64,000 nt of DNA from Scenedesmus sp. PABB004 (Eukaryota). The position numbers and the translations under genes were made by a program. The stretch is taken from the NCBI GenBank assembly GCA_014905635.1, contig CM026547.1:3596001-3660000 (forward strand). The letters run 5' to 3'. Each line of letters starts with the position of its first letter. The first letter of the stretch is position 1. The notes under the pieces were generated by a model, which saw nothing but the letters and a program-made list of their open reading frames with translations, had not been told where the DNA came from and made no database searches. Below, piece after piece: positions 22,901 through 35,552 of this stretch.

Positions 22901-23499
22901 CGGCGGAGCTGGCGGCGCGCCGGGCGCCGGCGCGCCCCGCCCTGGCCTGGCCTGGCCTGGCCCGCCCCGTGCGCGCGCGGGGGCGCCGCGGCGGCCATTG
23001 TGTATAGGGCTCGCGCACCGGCGAGCTTGCGATGTTGTTGTTGTGTTGTACTCTTGAGCTTTCCGAGCGGCGGCGTCGCCTGTACAGAGAGGGCTGGCGG
23101 CCGAGCGCGGCGCGGCGCGCAGGCCGATTCGTAACACAGAGGCCTGCCTTTACACACGCTGCGCGGCGGCGGGCCCGCGCATGAGGCCACAAGGAATCGC
23201 GCGGCACGCGGCGCGCACGCCGCCACGACGGGCGCGGCAACTCATCCCAGCCCAACGCCGCGCGCACACAGAAGCTCTCTCCAGCGCCGCGGCCGGCCGG
23301 CGCGCGCTCGCGCGCACGCGCCAGGCGCCGCGCGCGCCGCCCCAGCGCTCTCGGCACACACAAATGGCTCGCAGCCGCACACGCTCGCCGCCCGTCCCCC
23401 GCGCAGTGCCCCACGCCCGCGAACCCCCGCCGCGCGCCGCCGCCGGCCCGCGCGCCCCCGCACCCGCCTGCGCGGCCGCCGCGCCTCCGCGGGCGGGGC

Positions 23500-25519
23500 T
23501 CAGCCGAGCGTGTAGGACTCCTTGTCGAGGTTGATGACCGTCGACTTGGTCTTGCACATGAGCATGAGGCTGTTCTTGATGCCCTGGCTGCCGATGCCGC
23601 TGTCGCGGAAGCCCTGGAAGGGGAAGTGGTCGGGCCCGCGCGCCGGCGCGGCGTTGACCTGCACCGTGCCGGTCTGCATCGCGTCGCTGATGCGCATCGC
23701 GGCGTTGATGTCGCGCGTGAACACGCAGCCCTGCAGCCCCAGGTTGCTCGCGTTGCAGTGCGACACGGCCTCGTCGACGCTCGACACGCGCATGATGGGC
23801 AGCACGGGGCCAAACGGCTCCTCCCACGCGATGCGCATGTCGGGCGTGACGCGGTCGAGCAGCACCGGCGACAGCAGGTTGCCCTCGCGGCGCCACTGCG
23901 TGAGGAACGACGCGCCCTTGGCGCGCGCGTCCTCGACGAGCCCCTGGATGAAGTTGGCGCTGCTCTCGCTCACGACGGGCGTGATGTCGGCGTTGTCCTC
24001 CGGCCGCCCGACCGTGAGCTTGGCCACGCCTGCGCGGGGGCGGCGCGCGGGCGGCGCGCGGCGGGGGTCGGCCCGGGCCGGCGGCGCGGGCGGGCGGCGT
24101 GCCGGCGCGCCGGGGGGGGGGGGGGGGGCGCCGCGCCGCGCCGCTCCTCGGCGTGCCCCGCGCCGCCGCCGCCGCCGTCGCCGTGGCACCACTGCCGCCG
24201 CTGCCGCCGCGGCGGGCGCACCTGCCGCGACCTTTGCCACGAGCGCGTCGGCGACGCTGTCCATGACGAGCACGACCTTGACCGCGGTGCAGCGCTGCCC
24301 GCTGTAGCTGAAGCCGCCCTTGACGATCGCGCTCGCCGCGAGGTCGAGGTCGGCGTCGGCGCACACGATGCACGCGTCCTTGCCGCCGAGCTCCATCTGC
24401 AGCGGCACCATGCCCGCCTTCTTGCTGATCGCGATGCCCGTGTCGCCGCCGGTGAAGGAGATGCAGTTGACCGCGGGGTGGGTGGTGAGGAAGTCGCCGA
24501 TCTCGCTGCCCTTGCCCGTCACGAGGTTGACCACGCCGTCGGGCAGCCCCGCGGCGGCGAAGCAGGCCATCATGTGCACGCCCGCGACGACGCCCTGGCT
24601 CGGCGGCTTGAGCACGACCGCGTTGCCCGCCATGAGCGCGGGCGCGAGCTTGGAGACGGCGAGGTTGACGGGGTAGTTGAACGGCGGGATCGCGAGCACA
24701 ACGCCGAGCGGGACCTTGGACACGAGGCAGAGCTTGTTGCGCGCCTGGCCCGGGAAGCTGTCGCTGGAGAGCAGCTGGCCCTCGCCGAGCGCGCGGAGGC
24801 CCTCCTCCGCGGTGTAGTCGATGAGGTCGGCGCTGCGCAGCACCTCGGTCGCCGCGTCCTTGGCGGGCTTGGCGATCTCGCGCACGAGGCAGTCGGCCAT
24901 GGGCCCCGCGTGCTCGCGCATGAGCGCCGCGACCTTGTGCAGGTACTCGGCGCGCTTCCACAGCGGCGTCTTGGCCCACCCCAGCTGCGCGGCCTTGGCG
25001 GCCGCAAACACCGCGTTCACCTCATCCTGCGTGCACGCTGCGCGCCCGGGCGGCGGCGCGGCGCGGCGCGGGTGGGCGCGGGCGCCGCTGCCGCCGCCCA
25101 ATTGGCGCCGCCGGGGCCTGCGCGCAGCGGCGGGCCGCGCCGCGCCGCGCCGGCGGGCCGGCATGCATGCGCGCTGCGCCGCGCGCGGCGGCAGCGCGGC
25201 GCGCGGGCGCCGCCGCCGCCGCGCGCCGCCGGCACGGCGCGCTGCTGCTGCCGCCGGCGCACTGGCGGGCCGGGCTCGGCGGGCGTGCACACGCGGCGCG
25301 CGCGCGCGGCCGCCGCCCGCGTGGGCGTGGGCAGCGCCATCTGCTGCTGCTGCCGCCTGGCGCGCGCTCACCCTGGACCGCAAAGTCCTTCTGCAGCGTC
25401 GACGGGTTGGTCACCGGCACTGTCTTGCCGCTGGAGGACTCCAGCCACTGCCCATTGCAGAACCATTTGTAGGCGCCGCTGCCCGCCTTGATGCAGGCGT
25501 AAAAGTCGGCGCTGGCCAT
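23500..25519 (-). CDS. GAPN: NADP-dependent non-phosphorylating glyceraldehyde-3-phosphate dehydrogenase (ALDH11); 3 exons
   Basis: IPPFNYPVNLAVSK, ISFTGGDTG, LQMELGGKDA, GFSYSGQRCTAVK, EEPFGPV, APARGPDHFPFQG, DSGIGSQG. Confidence 0.96.
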
Positions 25520-26239
25520 TGCGGCGCTGCTGCTGTGCCGCGCCTGCGCGAGGCCAGCGACCAGGCAGCCCGTCGAGCCGGCGGCGCGTCCCCGCGACGC
25601 AGCTGCAGCGAGCAGCGCGCCAAACATGCGGCACCAGGCGCTGGGGGGCGCTGCGCGCACGAGAGCAGCTGGGGTGGTCCAGACGCGGCTAATTGGGCGC
25701 GCGGCGACCGGGCGAAGCCTCCTACGGCGGGACCCCGCCGCGGCGGCGTGCGCACGACGGCGGCGCGCCAGCGCCCGCCCGCCAGGCTGCCGAGCGCGCG
25801 GGCGCCGGCGGGCGCGCTGCTGCGGGTGCGGGCCGCTACGGAGGAGAGGACGCTGACCCAGCAGCTGCGGCTGCGCCGGCTTGGTGCGGCCGCTCAGAGT
25901 TTCAAGAGACCCCCCCCCCCCCCCGAGCGAGCGCGGAGCCCATGGGGGCATCTGCGTGCGAGCCTGTGCTACCCCGCGACAAATGAAAGGTCCGGCCGCG
26001 CAGCAGCAGCGGCGAGCTGTGCAAAATGGGTTGAACGCACGGCGGCGCACGCGCGCCTGCGCTGTGCTGCGCTGCGCCGCGCGGCCGCGGAGGCGGCCGG
26101 CAGCGGCCTGCGGCCGCTGGCTGTCTATGTCCGCGGGGCGCGCGCCCCAGCATGCGTCCAAGGGTCCGCCGCAGTTCCGTGCAGGATGTCCGCCGCGCCG
26201 CGCCCCGACCGCCCCGCTCCCGCGCCACATCCGCGCGCG

Positions 26240-28685
26240 TCAGCAGATCACGCAGCCGGCGCAGCAGCGGCTGCGTCGCCGCTGCTCCTCCTCGGCCTGC
26301 CACGAGAGCTCCTGCGCGCGCAGCAGCAGCTCCGCGCCCTGCTCGAGCACCTCGAGCCGCTGCAGCACGCCGCCGCCGGCCACGCGCGGCGGCGCCAGCC
26401 GGCCCTCCAGCCGGCTGTAGGCGTTGGCGGGCATGTAGCCCTTGAGGCGCTGCATCTGCTGGCCGTACAGCCCCTCCAGCGCGGCGAGCCGCTCCAGCAG
26501 CGAGCTCTGCCTGTGCGGCGGCGCGGGGCGGCGCGACAGGGCCGGGTCAGGTCAATCGCCGGCCGGCGCACGGCCGCGCGCGGGTGGGGGCTGGCGCGGC
26601 CGCTGCGCGCGCCCGTGTGCGCGCCGCCGCCGGGGCGCGCACTTGTGCGCATTGACGGCCGCAATGGTCAGCGTGCTGCCGGCGCCGCCGGGCGGGTGGT
26701 CGCCGAGGTCCGGCAGCCCGCCCTCCTCGCCCGTGGCCGACAAGCTGCTGCGCCCCACGCCCGCCTGCCAGCCGCCCGAGGGCGCGTGCTGCAGCAGCGG
26801 GATGCTGCTGTCCCCGGGCTGCGTGCTGCTGATGGAGACGAACGACGCCTCCGACCTGCGGCGCCGGCCGCGGCAGCAGGTGCGAGGCGCGCGGTCAGTG
26901 AGGGGGGTGCGTGACCGCCAACAACGCCCCTCTGCCCAGCGCCCCGCGCGCGCCGCCGGGCCGCGGCCGGCCGCGCGCCCCCGCCGGCACGGCGCGCGCA
27001 CCGCGGCGAGTGGTAGCCGTCGGCCTCCTCCAGCACCGACGGCATCTCCCCCGCGCCGCTGAGCGTGGCCATGCGCTTGAGCGCCTTGCCTGCGACCGCG
27101 AGGCTGCCCTCCATGCGGCGCAGCACCTCGGCGTCGCTCCAGGGGCCGACGTCGTCCAGCAGTGTGCCCTTGGAGCTGCCGCCCAGCCACTCGGGCAGGT
27201 TGTCCGCGTCCACCCACTCCAGCAGGTCCTTGGTGTAGTTGGTCTGGCAGATCTGCGCCGCCGCCGCGCGCGGCCGGCCGCGGCGCCGCGCGCTCGGCGC
27301 CGCGCGCTCGGCGGCGCGCGCTCGGCGGCTGCGCGGCGCCGCCTCGCTGCGTCCCTGCCCCCCTGCCCCTGACCCTGCGCGCGCGCGCGCCTGGATCTTT
27401 GAGAGCGTGCGGGGGTTGAGCAGCGGCTTGACGAGCGCCCAGATGGCCTTGAAGACCATGGGCGCGTTGATGATGCAGATGCGGCCCAGCATCTCGGGGT
27501 AGTTGTCCTGGTCGTACTTGGTCAGCGTGGTCATGAGGCGCTTCACCTCGCCGCTCAGGTGGCTCATGCCCACGCCTGCGGCGCGCCCGGCGCGGGCCCG
27601 GCGCGGCGGCGCGGGGCTCAGCGGGCGGCGGCCCGGCCCGCGCCGCGCCGCCGCCGACGTGCGCCGTGCGCTGCCGCTGGCGCGCCGCATCCGCCGCCGT
27701 GCGCCTCGCACTGCCGCCGCCTCCGCCACCGCCGCCGGCCCCGCGCCGGCCCCGGCGCTGCGTGTGCCGTGTGCGCACCCTTGACGTCCATGATGCCAAA
27801 GGTCTGGTCGATCTGGCGCCCCGCGAGGCGGGAGCAGATGGGCATGATCACGCGCCCGCAGCGCTCATACTCCTGGATGTGGAACTTGATCATGCGCTCC
27901 TCCGTCGTGATGGCCTTGAGCGTGCCGATGTCAATCTTGCCCAGCAGCTGGATGTAGATGGGGCGCCCCTGCGCGCGCGGGCGCGGCGCGCGCGCGCGTC
28001 GCACGCAGCGGCGCCGGCCGCCGGCCGCGCGCCGCGCCCCTGACCCCGCCGCCCCCGCCCCGCCGCCGGCGCGGCGGCCGCGGGCGCGCGCGCGCACGAG
28101 CTTGTCGGTCTTGTGGTATCCCTGCGGGTAGGCCATGAGGAACTGCTCGCGCTCGTGGAAGGCAAAGGCGTCGAGGATCGCGTCGACGTCGTACTGCCGC
28201 CGCCACTCGAGCGTGTCGAGCCACATCTTGGTCGCCTTGTCGAGCTCGTAGTTGCGCGCGCGCAGGAAGCGCAGCAGCACGTAGTAGTCTGGCGCGCCGC
28301 GCGCGCGGGCGGGGCGGGCGCGGTCCGCGCGCGGGACCGACGCAGCGGCGCAGCGCGGCGCGGCGCGGCGCACCGTGGTCCTCGCGGCGCCAGGCGTTTT
28401 TCGACTCCAGGATGCGCCTGAACTGCTCCACGTGCGTCTCCTGCGGCCGGCGCGGCGCCAGCGCCCGTCGGCGCGCAACGACAGCGGCGACGCAACCGCT
28501 GCTCCCGGCGCCGCGCGCGCCGCCGCCGCGGCGCCGCCCGCCGGCTCGGCGCGGGGGGCCTGCCGGCAAGGGCAACGGCCACCCGAGCGCGCCTGCTGCT
28601 CGACGGTGAGGCCCCAGTCATCGACCCTGTCCTCGGGCGGGTAGGGCACGGCGCCCGCGAACTTGAGCACCTCCGCCTTCGTCAT
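26240..28685 (-). CDS. SEC14/CRAL-TRIO phosphatidylinositol transfer protein with C-terminal CaaX-like end; multi-exon
   Basis: LLRFLRARNYE, YPQGYHKTDK|GRPIYIQLLG, QDNYPEMLGRICIINAP, NLPEWLGG. Ends RRRSRCCAGCVIC*. Confidence 0.92.
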
Positions 28686-29666
28686 ACCGCCTCACGACGC
28701 TGGGCGCGGCCCCAGCGGGCCAGCCCGCGCGCGGCGTGTGGGTGCTGCTGCGGCCGCTGCGGCACACAAGAGGCCGCGGCGCCGGGCGGGCGGGTCGGCC
28801 TCTCCCAGCGGCGTTCAGCGCCGCTTCGGCGCGGGCGGGGAGGCGCGGCGTGGGCAGGGCATCGGTGCGAGCTGGTGCTGGAGTCGGTTGGCACCCCCGC
28901 TGCGGGCGCGCTGCTTGCCAGGGGAGGTCGCTGGGCGGAGGCAGCGCGGGCGGTGTGGCGCGGGGCGGCGCCGCCACGCGCGGCCGCCGCCCGGCGCTGC
29001 AGCGGCCGCGACGGGCGAGCCCGCGAGCCCTGAGCCCCGGCCGGCGCGCGGCCGGCCCGAGGCAGCCAGGCGCTGCGTGGCAGACAGATGAGCGGGCCAG
29101 CTGCTCTGGCGCAGCTGGACGCGCGACGGACGCGTTGCGTGGTCGCGACCAGTACGCGACCAGCGCGCGCCGCCGCTGGTCTCGCCGCGCGGCGGCCGCC
29201 ACCGCGCGCAGCCCGGCGCCGCGTCAGGGAGCTCGCGCCAGCTCTAGGAGCTCTGTGTGGAGGTGCTGCGCCCGGCGCAGGCGGCCGCTGCGGTGCGCGC
29301 GCACTGCGGGCTGCGCTGCGCGTGCTCTGACCCGCCCGACGACTACCAGCGCGTCGTGCACAACGTGTGGATCACGCTGCAGGCGTGGGCGGCCACGCGC
29401 CCGGCTGGGCTCGCGTAGCGCGGTGGCGTGTGGGCGGCCACAACAGCGTGTTGCGCAGGGGCCGCCACCCTGGCGCGGCGCCCCCATGGCCGCGCCGTCT
29501 CGTCCCACAGCGCCCGCACGCGCCGCGCGGCTCCGGGCTGGCGCGCAGCGGGCGCGACCAGGATCGTGCGGGCCGGCGTCGCACGCGCGCCCGGCCGAGC
29601 GCTGCCGGCGGCGGCCGACCAGCGCCGCGCGCTCAGAAAAACATCTGCAATTTTCATTTCGGCCGG

Positions 29667-29758
29667 CGCGACGCCACACCCGCAGGCGGTCGCGCAGCCG
29701 CCCGCCTCGCCGCCGCACCGCGCCGCGACGCCACACCCGCAGGCCGTCGCGCAGCCGC
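29667..29758. repeat. Intergenic about 34-bp direct repeat (2 copies, 1 mismatch)
   Basis: CGCGACGCCACACCCGCAGGC(G/C)GTCGCGCAGCCG at 29667 and 29724. Confidence 0.85.
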
Positions 29759-30575
29759 GTGGGCTGCCGCGACGCCAGGCGTCGACGGCGGCGGACCCGG
29801 CGGCGGACTCGGCGGCGGCAACGCGCGCTGCTGCTGCCGCGCGCCTCGACGGAGGCGCCGCCGCGGCCGCTGGCGCGGCGGCCCCGGGGGCCTCCGCCGA
29901 GACGGTGGCGCTGCGCTGGAGCATCACGTGCACCTGCGCCGGAGTTGCGCCCCTCGGAGTTGCGCCCCCCGGCATTCGCGGGGTCTGCCCGCCCGCACGC
30001 GCGCCCGGCGCCGCGCCCATCACACACCCCTCTCCTGATAGGTAGACACGCACCGCCTGCGCCTCCCCACGCGCCCTCACCGCTCACCCCGCCCATCCCC
30101 CGCCGCACTTGCCCATCCCCGCCTCACCGTGAGTGGCTTGAAGGCTCTCCACGCTCGTGGGCGTGCCACGGGGCAGCCGGGACGCAGCTCTCGCGCGGCC
30201 GCGGCCGCGGGCCAGGCGCAGCTGCACTACGGCGCGCAGCTGCGGCCGCCCGCGGCGCCGCAGCGGCCCACGGCCGCGCCTGGAGCGTGGTCACACCGAT
30301 GTACGTCCCTCACGGCCTCGCGCGGCCCGCGCCCGCGCCCGCGCCCGCGGCGCAGGCCGCACCCAATCGCGCAGCATGTCGGGCGGCACACACACGCGCG
30401 AGCGCGCCATCGCGCGCGGCTGCTACGGTGAGCCGGCCTGGACGTCCGGGCACGCCGTTTACAGCTGCTAGGGCGCTGCAAGCGCGGCGGAGCAGCGCGC
30501 ATCGGCATCGGGAGTTGCGCGCGCGCCTGGCGCCGTGCGCGCCCTGAGCTGCCCTCCGCCGCCCGCGCGGCAGAC

Positions 30576-31799
30576 ATGTCGCGCGCCAGCTCGAACCGGC
30601 CCCTGACCTCAAAGTACGTCGCGTACCTGAGCGAGTGGGACCGGCGGGACCGGCGGCTCAAAAAGGCGGCGGAGCCGCTGCCAGAGGCCGCGCACCGTGA
30701 GGGCCGCTCCGGCGGGGCCAGGCTGCCAAGGCCGTCCTGCACCCGCGGCGGCGGTGGCGCGCCGGGCGCGGCTCACCGCTGCGCCGCCGCCGCCGCCGCC
30801 GGCGCAGCGTCGGAGCTGAACGGCGTCAAGGTCGCGCGCAAGGGCCGGGGCGCGCCGCCGCCCAGCAACCGGGAGGTGCTGTGGAGCACGCACGGCCGGC
30901 GCGAGGTGGCCGGCAAGAGCCACGCCGCTGTGTGAGTGCCGCCGCACCGGGGGGCCGTGCGGCCGCAGCTGGGCCGCGCTCCAAGGGAGAGGGGCATGCG
31001 CGGCTGCGGGCCGGCCAGCAGCGCCGGCGGCTCACCCTCCGCCGCCGCCCGGTCGCCCGCCGCGCGCAGCGACGGCCTGCTCACGACCATGCCGGCCAGC
31101 GACGCGGGTGCGCTGCTGACGGGCGACCTCACGCGCAGCCGCTTTGTGCGCCGCGTGACGCACCACTTCAATGAGTCGAGCCTCGCGGGCGGCGGCGCGC
31201 TGGTCAAGGACGAGGTGAGCCACTGTGCGGGCAGCCGCCAGCAGCAGCGCAGCTGGCAGCGACGCGGACTGGGCGCGAGCCGCTGCCAGCCGCCGCTGGG
31301 CTCCCCGTCGCCCACTTTCCTTGCCCCCCCCCAAAAAAAACACACGCACACACACACACACCCGCCCGCGCCGCCCACGCAGGTGAGCACCGAGCGGCGC
31401 CCCATCCGCAAGGCGGGCGAGGCCAACCCGGGGTGGGGCATCGCGGAGCACATGGCCAAGACGCTCGCCTTCACGGGCGAGGCGTGGGAGGAGCGCCGCC
31501 GCTCGGCGCGGCGCCAGGTGTGGACGGTCGCGGCGGAGCACGCGCCCAACACCGCCGACAGCATCATCCGGCACCGCCACGACGACCCGGAGCTTGACGC
31601 GGAGCCCGCGGCGACCGGCGAGCGCGTGCTCACGCCCGCGCTGCGCAAGGTCAACGTCGCGGAGAGCCGCGCCGTGTTCCTCGCAAACCTGCAGAGCTAC
31701 GCCGCCAACCTCAGCCGCGCGCACCACGGCGACGCGCGGCTGCGCGCCACGAGCAGCAGCTTCAAGTCGGCGGGGCTGGGCGGGCTCGCGGGCCTGTGA
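30576..31799 (+). CDS. Hypothetical basic protein, about 4 exons
   Basis: Coding-like blocks MSRASSNRPLTSKYVAYLSEWD.., ASELNGVKVARKG.., ..RSRFVRRVTHHFNESSL..KDE|VSTERRPIRK..GLAGL* separated by GT-AG introns. No family recognised. Confidence 0.65.
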
Positions 31800-32594
31800 G
31801 CCCGTCGGGGGCCGCGGCCGCCTGCGGTGCGCTCTCTGTACATAAGCCGCGCGCGCTGGGCGCGTGCGCAGCCTGCCCCGGTGGGCTCGCCCCTCGGCGG
31901 CCCTCGGCCAGCGCCGTCAGGTCCTGGGCGCGGGTGAACGACTCTTGCAGCGTGTGTATGCTGCATCAGGCACTGGGGGCAGGAGCGGGGGCAGGAGTGG
32001 GTTTGTTGGTTGCGATTGTTGCTGCACACAACCTTTTGGCTGCAAGCACCCCAGGGGCACGCCTCGCCGCTGCCGCCGCCCTCTGCGGCGCGGCGGCGGG
32101 ACGGGGTCGCCTGCCGCAGGGGCGGGCCAGCCGCTTAAACCACCAGCGGCGCGAGCGGCCCGCGCATTGCTTCCCTGCCGAGCGGGCGGTGCGAGCGGCC
32201 CGCTCCTGGAGGCGCGGCCGCCGCATGCAGGCAACGCATGGCCCGCTCTGTCCATGTGCGCGCCGCCGTGTGTGCGCGGCGCCCATCGCATTGATCACTG
32301 CACGTGCGAGCAGCGTGTGACTGCTGCTGCGGAGGCTGCCAGCAGCAGAGGGGGCCGGCAGGCTGCCCGCCGCGGCGCGCGCCTGACCGGCGAGCGCAGG
32401 CCCGGCGCCGGCGGCGTGCACGCCTGGGTGTGTGGGCGGCGGGCACACCCAGGCACAGCCCAACGGCGAGCGGGCTGCAGTGCACATCACCGCCCTGGGC
32501 TGCGCCCGGCGCGCGGGGCGCATCAGCTGCTGTGATTGGTGCCCGCGGCGCGGCAGGTAAGGAACACACCGCGCTCCCACCCGTGCCGCCGCAG

Positions 32595-33414
32595 CTAGCG
32601 CTTCTTGCCCGGCGCCGCCTTGCCCTGCCGCGCGTTGCCGGGCTTGCCCTCCCGGCCCTCGCAGCGCGCCAGGTGGAAGGGGTTTTCCTGCGGCGGCGAG
32701 GCACGCGCAACTCAGCGCCCGCCAGCGCAGCTGCTGCAACAACACTGCGCGCATGTGTGGGGGCCACCACCCGGGACATGGCGCACCGCGAGGTCGTCCA
32801 GCTCTGGGTGCACGGGCGTGAGCTCATAGATGCTGCTGCTCAGCGCCGGCACGTCGGCGCCAACGATGCGGGCCCGGAGCTGCCCGTTCTGCGCGCACGC
32901 GCGTGGGGCGGCGCGTTGACGGCCGCGCCGCGCACCGCACGACCGCCGGCGCTCGCCGCGCACACCCTGAACAGGAGAAAGAGCGGCTCGGACGACTCTC
33001 CGTGCTCCTTGGCAGCGTCCAGCGCGCTGCACTTGTAGGACGCGATCTACGGTCGCGTCGAGCGGCGCGGCGCGGCGCGGCGCGGCGCGGCACGGCGCGG
33101 CGCGGCGCGGCGCGGGGGTGAGGGCGCCGTGTTCAGCCCCAGCTTGCCAGAGCTTTTGGACCATGCCTCGCGCAGCGCTGGCGGGGCTGGCCGTCGCAGC
33201 TCGCAGCCCGGCGGCGTCGCACCGTGAGGAAGGCGAGCGCGGACTTGTCGTCCTTGTCTTGCCGAATCGTTTTGAACAGCGTAACCGTGCTCTTGCAGGG
33301 TCCGCACCACTCAGCGTGCACCTCGAGCACCGAGAGGCCTTTGGTGGCGAGGGCAGCGCACGCGTCGTCCGCCGAGTGCAGCGCGTGCTGCAGCGGCGCG
33401 TGCGGGGCCGCCAT
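32595..33414 (-). CDS. Thioredoxin-like outer dynein arm light chain (Chlamydomonas LC3/DLX1-like); 4 exons
   Basis: KGLSVLEVHAEWCGPCK, DKDD..LAFLT|IASYKC..AAKEHG.SEPLFLLFR|NGQLRARIVGADVPAL..LTP...LDDLA|ENPFHLAR..GKPG..GKKR* resembles LC3 along its full length as recalled. Confidence 0.8.
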
Positions 33415-33672
33415 GGCCCGCGCCGTGTGCTAGGCCGTGCTAGGGACCACGCTTCTGACCACCAGGGCAGCGGCGCGGGCGTGCGGGCGGGTGCGCGGGG
33501 TGCGCGGCGGATGGCGGTCAACGCTGCTCTGCGAGGCGCCACGCGGCTCCGCCGTGGCCGTGGGCGATCAGGCGGGCGTCTGCTGACGGCGGTATTCTGC
33601 TGACGGCGCGTGAGACCGCGGCAGGGCGGTCACATGACGGCGCCCCGCGCCGCCGCTGCTGCCAACGCGGGT

Positions 33673-34823
33673 TCAGCTCGCCGCCTTCCGCTTCTTCCGG
33701 GCCCCTGCTGCCGCCCCGCCAGCAGCCGTCTGCTGCTGGACCGGCTGCTCCTGCTGCTGCTCCTGCTGCTGCCGCTGCCGCTGCTGCTGCTTGGCCTTCT
33801 TCTTGGCCTTGTCCTTGCTGCCGCCCGGCGCCGCGGCGCCGCCGGCGGGCGGCGGCCCCATGAAGCGCGCCGCCCACGCCGCCGCGTCGCCGCCCACCAG
33901 CGGCGCCAGCTCGGCGGCCGCCGCGGCCTCGACGTCGGGCGCGCCGCAGTGCAGCAGCCCCGCGAGCACCTTCTCGGCGTGGCTGCCCACGAGCGGCGCG
34001 CAGCGCCCCGCGAGCGCGCGCGACCAGAGCGCCGCGGCAAAGGCGCGCGCGCCCGCGCCGTCGGCGCCGTCGGCGCCGCCCGCGAGCAGCAGGCGCCGCA
34101 GCGCGCGGCTGGCGTGGTAGTGTGTGAGGAGCCCCTCCTGCTGCTCCGGCGCCTGCTCCGGCGCCTGCTCCGCCGCCGCCTCCGCCTTGGCCTTCTTCTT
34201 CTTGGCCCCCTGCGGCTGCGGCTGCTGCGGGGCGCCGCTGCCGCTGCAGTCGGCCGCGACCGCCGCGACGATCGCCGCGTGCACGCCCTCCACGCCGCCC
34301 TGCTGCAGCTCCCACAGCAGCCCGCCGGCGCCGCCGCGCGACACCTCCACCACGACGTCGCCGCCGACAGGGCTGCGCAGCAGCTCGCCCGCCTGGCCGG
34401 CGCACAGCGCGCACAGCGCCGCGGCGAGGCAGTCCTTGCCGCCGCCCAGCAGCTCGCGCCGCCGCGCGTCGGCGGCCTTTTTGCTCTCGCCCAGCGGCCG
34501 CTCCACCAGCTTGGGCGCGGCGCCGCCGTTGGCCGCCGCCTCGCCGTCGCTGCCGCTGCCGTCGCCGGCCTCCGCGGCGGCCTCGCCCTCGTCCTCCTCC
34601 TCCTCGTCCAGCTCCTCGTCGTCGCCGTCCGGCGCCGCCCCGCTCTCCCTGGGCCCCGACTCGGGCACCATGCGGCTCTTGGCGGGCGGGTGCAGCAGCT
34701 CCAGCGTGGCCGGCGGGAGGTAGCGGTGGCAGTCGGGCGCGAGCAGCTGCATCAGCACGCGGTGCGCGTGCTTGTTGGTGGCCAGCTCCTCGAGATGCTC
34801 CTGTGGGCGCGGCGGCAGCGACA

Positions 34824-34862
<39 letters not shown>

Positions 34863-35509
34863 TGGGGTCGGGCCGCGCCCAGCAGCCGCGCGGCAGGGCC
34901 CGCGCCGCCCCGGCGGGCGGCGCCCGTGCCGGCTCTCAGCGGTGCTCGTGTGTGAGCGGACGACACTCAACATTGCGTCTTCAGTCCGCCCGTCGTGTGG
35001 CTGTCATCACCGAGCCTTCCCGCCGCAGCACCCGCGCCCCGCCCGCGCGCCGCGCCGCACCCTGAGCTCGCTGACGATGGTCTTGCTGGTCAGCGCCGTG
35101 TCGTCCACCACCGTGAGCGCCGTGGCGACCACCGCGTGGCCCCACTCATTCTCAGCCGTCTGCCACACAAAGCCTGCGGTCGGCGCGGCGCGCGGCGCGG
35201 CTCAGCGCCGGCCCCGCGCGCGCGGGCGCGCGGCCCGCAGCCCACGGCGCGATGCCCACGGCGCGTGGCCCGCGGCGCGCGGCGCACCCTTCATGCCCTT
35301 GACGAGGCGCTTGCGGTCCTTGGGCGTGCCGTAGGCCAGCGCCATGCACGCCGCCGCGGCACCGTCGTGCGTGTGCACCAGCTTCAGCGCGTTGCCGCCG
35401 GTCGCGGCCAGCGTGTCGACGACGTCCGCCACGAGGGACCTGCGGCGGCGGCGGGCCAGCGTGAGCGGCACGCGGCGGCAGCTCGGCGGCGCGGGCTGCT
35501 GCGGCTGCT

Positions 35510-35552
<43 letters not shown>

